From positions 194,060,001 through 194,124,000 of the forward strand of contig NC_088791.1 of the NCBI RefSeq assembly GCF_011386835.1: DNA of 64,000 bases, in the 5' to 3' direction. The notes under the pieces were generated by a model. It made no database searches. It was not told where the DNA came from and saw only the letters and a list, made by a program, of their open reading frames with translations. Position 1 is the stretch's first letter. Each line of letters begins with the position of its first letter. The DNA comes from Chrysemys picta bellii. Lineage: Eukaryota. Position numbers and translations under genes: made by a program. Below are positions 59,677 to 64,000 of this stretch, piece by piece.

Positions 59677-61606
59677 CCTCCAAAAGTTTCACATCAACGT
59701 CTGTCCTGTCAATAAAACATATGAGATGGTGAACAGACACGACACACGTGAGATGCCGCACTCCACTCTGGCTCACGGGGTGCAACCCCTTTGGGAATGG
59801 ATGACAAGGTCTGGAGCTGATAGAAACATTGGTTGGGTGGTAAATATCGAGCAGCTCAAATTAAGGAAAGCCTGGATCCAGGGGTGTAAGTACAAATGAT
59901 AAGATATTAGCTACCGGAGGGCTCTTTAATCTGGCAGGCAAAGGCAGAACAAGTTCTAGTGGCTGGAAGTTGAAGCCTTCAGAGTGCAAACTGTGAATAA
60001 GATGCAACTGCATCCAGTTCTCTCACGTCTGGAGTTGGCTCTACACATCAGATCTGTGACGCCAACCCTTTTCTTCAGAAGACTTTCCGATTTTCCCTGC
60101 ATACCTTTGCATTACCTTTTGTGTTATCATGAGCGTTTCTTTCAGTGCCATCACCATGGTACCTGAGTGCTTGGGGGAGACACGATGAACTTCATACTCC
60201 ATTTTCATCTGCAGCTTTCAGATTTCAAATGATTTATTTTGCTATTTTGGAGCGTTAGGCACTTGTGCAAGATCAACCTGGATTGGCCCCAGCCCAAAAA
60301 CATATCAAGCAAATCAGCCAAAACCAGATAGTCTAGAAATTAGCAAAGCCCTTCCCTCCCTCAGACAGCGACCGCCCCATGACTCCTACACTTGCCCAGG
60401 TGAGAAGATAGGACAGTAGATATGGGCTTTGCAGCATGGTTAGGGTATTTCTGACCAAGGTTGAGTAGGGACTGAATTCCAAGGGAAGCCCCCTGACCCC
60501 AGCCTACCCTCTCTTACGCTGGGGAGTAGGGAGGGGAGGGGGGTGAACTCATTGACTTTGTTACCAAGCCCTCTCCTCTGCCCGATCTCTATCACTGCTG
60601 ACAACACCTCCAGCCTCGCAGTCACTCAGGGCTACAACCTGGTAGACGTCTTTGACCCCTCTGACCTGCGTGTGCAGGCCATGTCCAAGTCCTGTCATGT
60701 CACTCTCCATCATGTTCCTAAGATCCGACCCTACTACCTACACTCTCCTGCATCTCCAGCCCCTCGTCATCTCCAGCTTTGGTTCCGGCAACCTCCTCCA
60801 CTCTTGTCCACATGCCCCTTCTCACACCTCCAAAGCATGAAATCGCTCCACAGGCTCCTTGTCCTCATCCTCAGGGCCCTTCACAGCTCTGTCTCCTTAC
60901 TGATCCACTCAGTTCTCCTCTTGTGTTGTCCCCTCTCCACTCCACTCTGCCAGGGATGGAGCACCCATCTGTCTGCGTCTCCCACGCTGCCTCTCTAGTA
61001 TAGAACAGCCCCCCTGAACCGGCCCACTCCCCATTCCTGCTTTGTACCCATCCTCAACACCCACTTGGCCAAGGAACAATGGAGCATTGGGTAGAGCTGA
61101 TGTGCATCTATTTAATATAACAGATGCATATAATGGTAGGAAAAAATGGTGCATATTTTGGTTTGTATTCCTTAATCTCCCCCTCCGTATGTTACAGAGG
61201 GCTTATTGTTGATGAAGAAAAGTATCTGTGTGTGTGTGTGTGTATGTGTGCATGTGTGTGTGTGTGTGAGAGAGAGAGTGTGTGTCTGTGTGGTTACAGT
61301 GCCTTGCACATTGTGAGTGCTATCTGAAGGTCAATAATTCTCAATATCTAGAGAATGTACAAAATCCCCCTATACTTCCCAATCATTTTGTGGAGGAATT
61401 TCAACAAGTGGCTTCTGGCTCTATCCCATCATTAGCTTTTAGGGCTTTCCGCCTTTGTTTGCACCCACAAGGATCTGCCAACAGGAATGTGGGCATGGAA
61501 GCCGCTACACACCTGATTTGTGGGGGCAGCTATTTCCAGGTGCAAATTATGCCTTCAGAAAGGAAGGCCAGGATTTTTAAAAAAGCAAACCTCAAATGTA
61601 ATCCAC

Positions 61607-62684
61607 TGTGACAATGCGGTTCTGGCGGAACCCAACTGAGAGTGCCAACTCAGGACAAATTGCTAAAATAGGGCAGTTACAGCCCAAGGCCGGGGTTTTT
61701 CCACCTCTAAGGCAAACCAAACCAGCCAGACTAATACTTCGGTCTCACCCCACTGGCTAACCGCAAGTCTCACAAGCAATCTCATTAGACACTCCAGTTT
61801 CCCAGTATCACCACCAGTGCCACACGTTATGGGGACAAATGGTTATAAAAACCAATACCCCAGTAAAAGAAAAAGGTTCTCCTGATCCCAAAGGACCAAG
61901 CCCCAGACCCAGGTCAATATACAAGTCAGACCTTACCCACAAATCACGCTACTGCCAATCCTTTAGAATCTAAAATCTAAAGGTTTATTCATAAAAGGAA
62001 AAAGATAGAGATGAGAGTTAGAATTGGTTAAATGGAATCAATTACATACAGTAATGGCAAAGTTCTTGGTTCAGGCTTGCAGCAGCGATGGAATAAACTG
62101 CAGGTTCAAATCAAGTCTCTGGAATACATCCCCAGCTGGGATGGGTCATTCAGTCCTTTGTTCAGAGCTTCAGTTTGTAGCAAAGTCCCTCCAGAGGTAA
62201 GAAGCAGGATTGAAGACCAGATGTAGATCAGGCATCAGCCTTATATAGTCTTTTCCAGGTGTAAGAACACTCTTTGTTCCTACTGTGGAAAATTACAACA
62301 AAATGGAGTCTGGAGTCACATGGGCCAGTCCCTGCATACTTTGCTGAGGTACAAGGCATATCTGCCTTCTCTCAATGGGTCCATTGTATAGCTGATGGTC
62401 CTTAATGGGCCATCAAGCAGGCTAGGCAGAGCTAATCTCAGCTTGTCTGGGATGTCACCCAGAAGCATAGCATAAGTTTGCCATACAGACAGTATAGAGC
62501 CAATATTCATAACTTCGACTACAAAACTGATACATACATATAGACAGCATAATCATAACCAGTAAACCATAACCTTGTCCTAGACACCCCATTTGACCCC
62601 CTTTATACAAGATTTGGGTGCCACTACAGGACCTTGGTTGCAACAATGATCTATATGGTCCCAGTTTATGTCAATAACGTCACA
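61607..62684 (-). mobile_element. Gypsy (Gmr1-family) solo LTR, 5-bp TSD TCCAC
   Basis: TGTGACAATG...GTCACA; TCCAC at 61602-61606 and 62685-62689; empty site TCCGC at 10770-10774 in copy 1. Confidence 0.95.
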
Positions 62685-64000
62685 TCCACATAGTCTCTTT
62701 CAAATAAACTGCATTCCACTACCCCTTTCAGAATCCAGGCCCCTTAACAGAAAGGAACTAAGACCAACATTGAAGTCAAGAGAGGTCATCTGCCTGTGAA
62801 ACATCTAAAGAGCCACTCAGCACCACATCCTCATTCTTGGGTGTTGAAAGTATTGGCCTTCATCCACGCTTGGGCACAGAGCTTGATTCTTTGGAGGTGC
62901 TGAACACCCATCAGCTCCCATTGAAAACCAGATCACTCGTTTAGGTGAAAATCAGATCATTCATTCTAAATATAGACCATAGCTGCCTAGCGCTAGGCAC
63001 CCAAGTGTGATCAGGTGGGGCACAATATGAATCCGCAGATGAAACAGGAAATTCAAATATACAGCAGCAGAATTTGGATCAGGTTTTGAACTTGCCCAGA
63101 ATGTGGGTGTGTTTGGATCTGCGGTTCTGCTTCAGACCCGTCTCTGGCTACAGAACTGCACAATTCCTTTGCTCACACGAATCGGACTCCGTGGGCGAAC
63201 TCACCAGAATCCTGCAGTGCTCCCTTCCTTTCCTCGGGCCTCGCTCTCCCACACGCTCACCCGCAGCTGCCTGCCCTTTGGTGGATTTATAGCCACGGTG
63301 AGAGAACTCGCCTCCCCCCTGCAGGGGGGTCTCACAGTTCAGCTGGGAATCTCTGCTTCCACTTTGTCCTCCCCGCCCATCACTGGCAGACAGAGTTAAC
63401 TCTTTCTCTTCAGACTTGGGAGATAAGAAACTGTTCCTGCATCATGGGAATGAGAGATAGAAAAGCCATTTTCGGTCCCTCCTAGACCAAGATCCCTCAG
63501 CCACCGCAGAACTGATCACTACGGTACATTCCCCACTGCTCGGCCCAGTCTCGTTTTAAACAACCCAAGCAATTAACCCTCCACTACTTCCCTTAGGAGG
63601 CTGTATCCACCCCGGGGAGTCCATTAGTGCCCAGAGTACCTTCACCGGCTACGCAAGAGGGTCACCCTGGCCAGACAAGTCAACTTCACCTGCTTTCTGG
63701 TTGAATATGGAACAGTCCACAGTCACTACGAATACAAGCTAGCTACTGAACGCCACTCACAGGGAGAGGCCTTAGGAGTGCAAAAAGGCAATACAGCCTC
63801 ACAGATATTTACTCTGCAGCCGGCCGCCTTAGGTTATTATTTTTAGTTTGCATTGGGATAGTGCTGAGAGGCCTCAGCCTGGAAACCGAGCCCCATTGTG
63901 CCAGGTGCTGTACACACGTGTAAGGAAATGGTGCCCTACAGAGCTTTACATCTGTGTCGGTGTTTCAGTTCCCAGGTACAGTAAACTTCCCAAGGAGAAG

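Larger units (their letters stand above)
53400..64000 (+). repeat. Segmental duplication, copy 2 (runs off the window end)
   Basis: Colinear with copy 1; the last bases match ~12075-12085. Confidence 0.95.

Overview
This is vertebrate genomic DNA, almost certainly from a turtle. The evidence is the repeat content: CR1 LINEs with (ATTCTATG)n/(TTCTTATG)n tails, tortoise Pol III/tRNA-derived SINEs, Neptune-type Penelope elements and GGGTATGTCTACAC-type MITEs. The window is part of a class I olfactory-receptor (OR51/52) cluster. It holds three intact ORs (7649-8611 -, 20513-21472 +, 58714-59676 -), the 5' end of a fourth (1-230 -) and an OR51-type pseudogene fragment. About 4.8-14.2 kb is segmentally duplicated at about 53.4-64 kb. 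A predicted 3-exon SPATA31/FAM205-like gene (about 2125 aa) sits inside the cluster and carries three near-identical 828-bp (276-aa) in-frame tandem units built from a four-motif higher-order repeat. The most unusual object is a very young Gmr1-type Gypsy LTR element (45298-51627 -). Its two LTRs are about 99.9% identical, with a 5-bp TSD and a tRNA-Ser PBS. Its gag-protease frame continues for about 850 more codons through what look like shrunken, catalytically dead IN-RT-RNaseH remnants (YxDD replaced by CMNK) with no stop. It is preceded by a short ORF joined through a TAATG stop-start overlap. Other notable items are a minimal dimer-type hammerhead ribozyme in a Penelope fragment flanked by a 154-bp direct repeat, and a TATA-plus-splice-donor module present in three copies, two of which point at OR genes. 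All alignments and counts were done by eye. No database searches were run, so family names rest on motif recognition.
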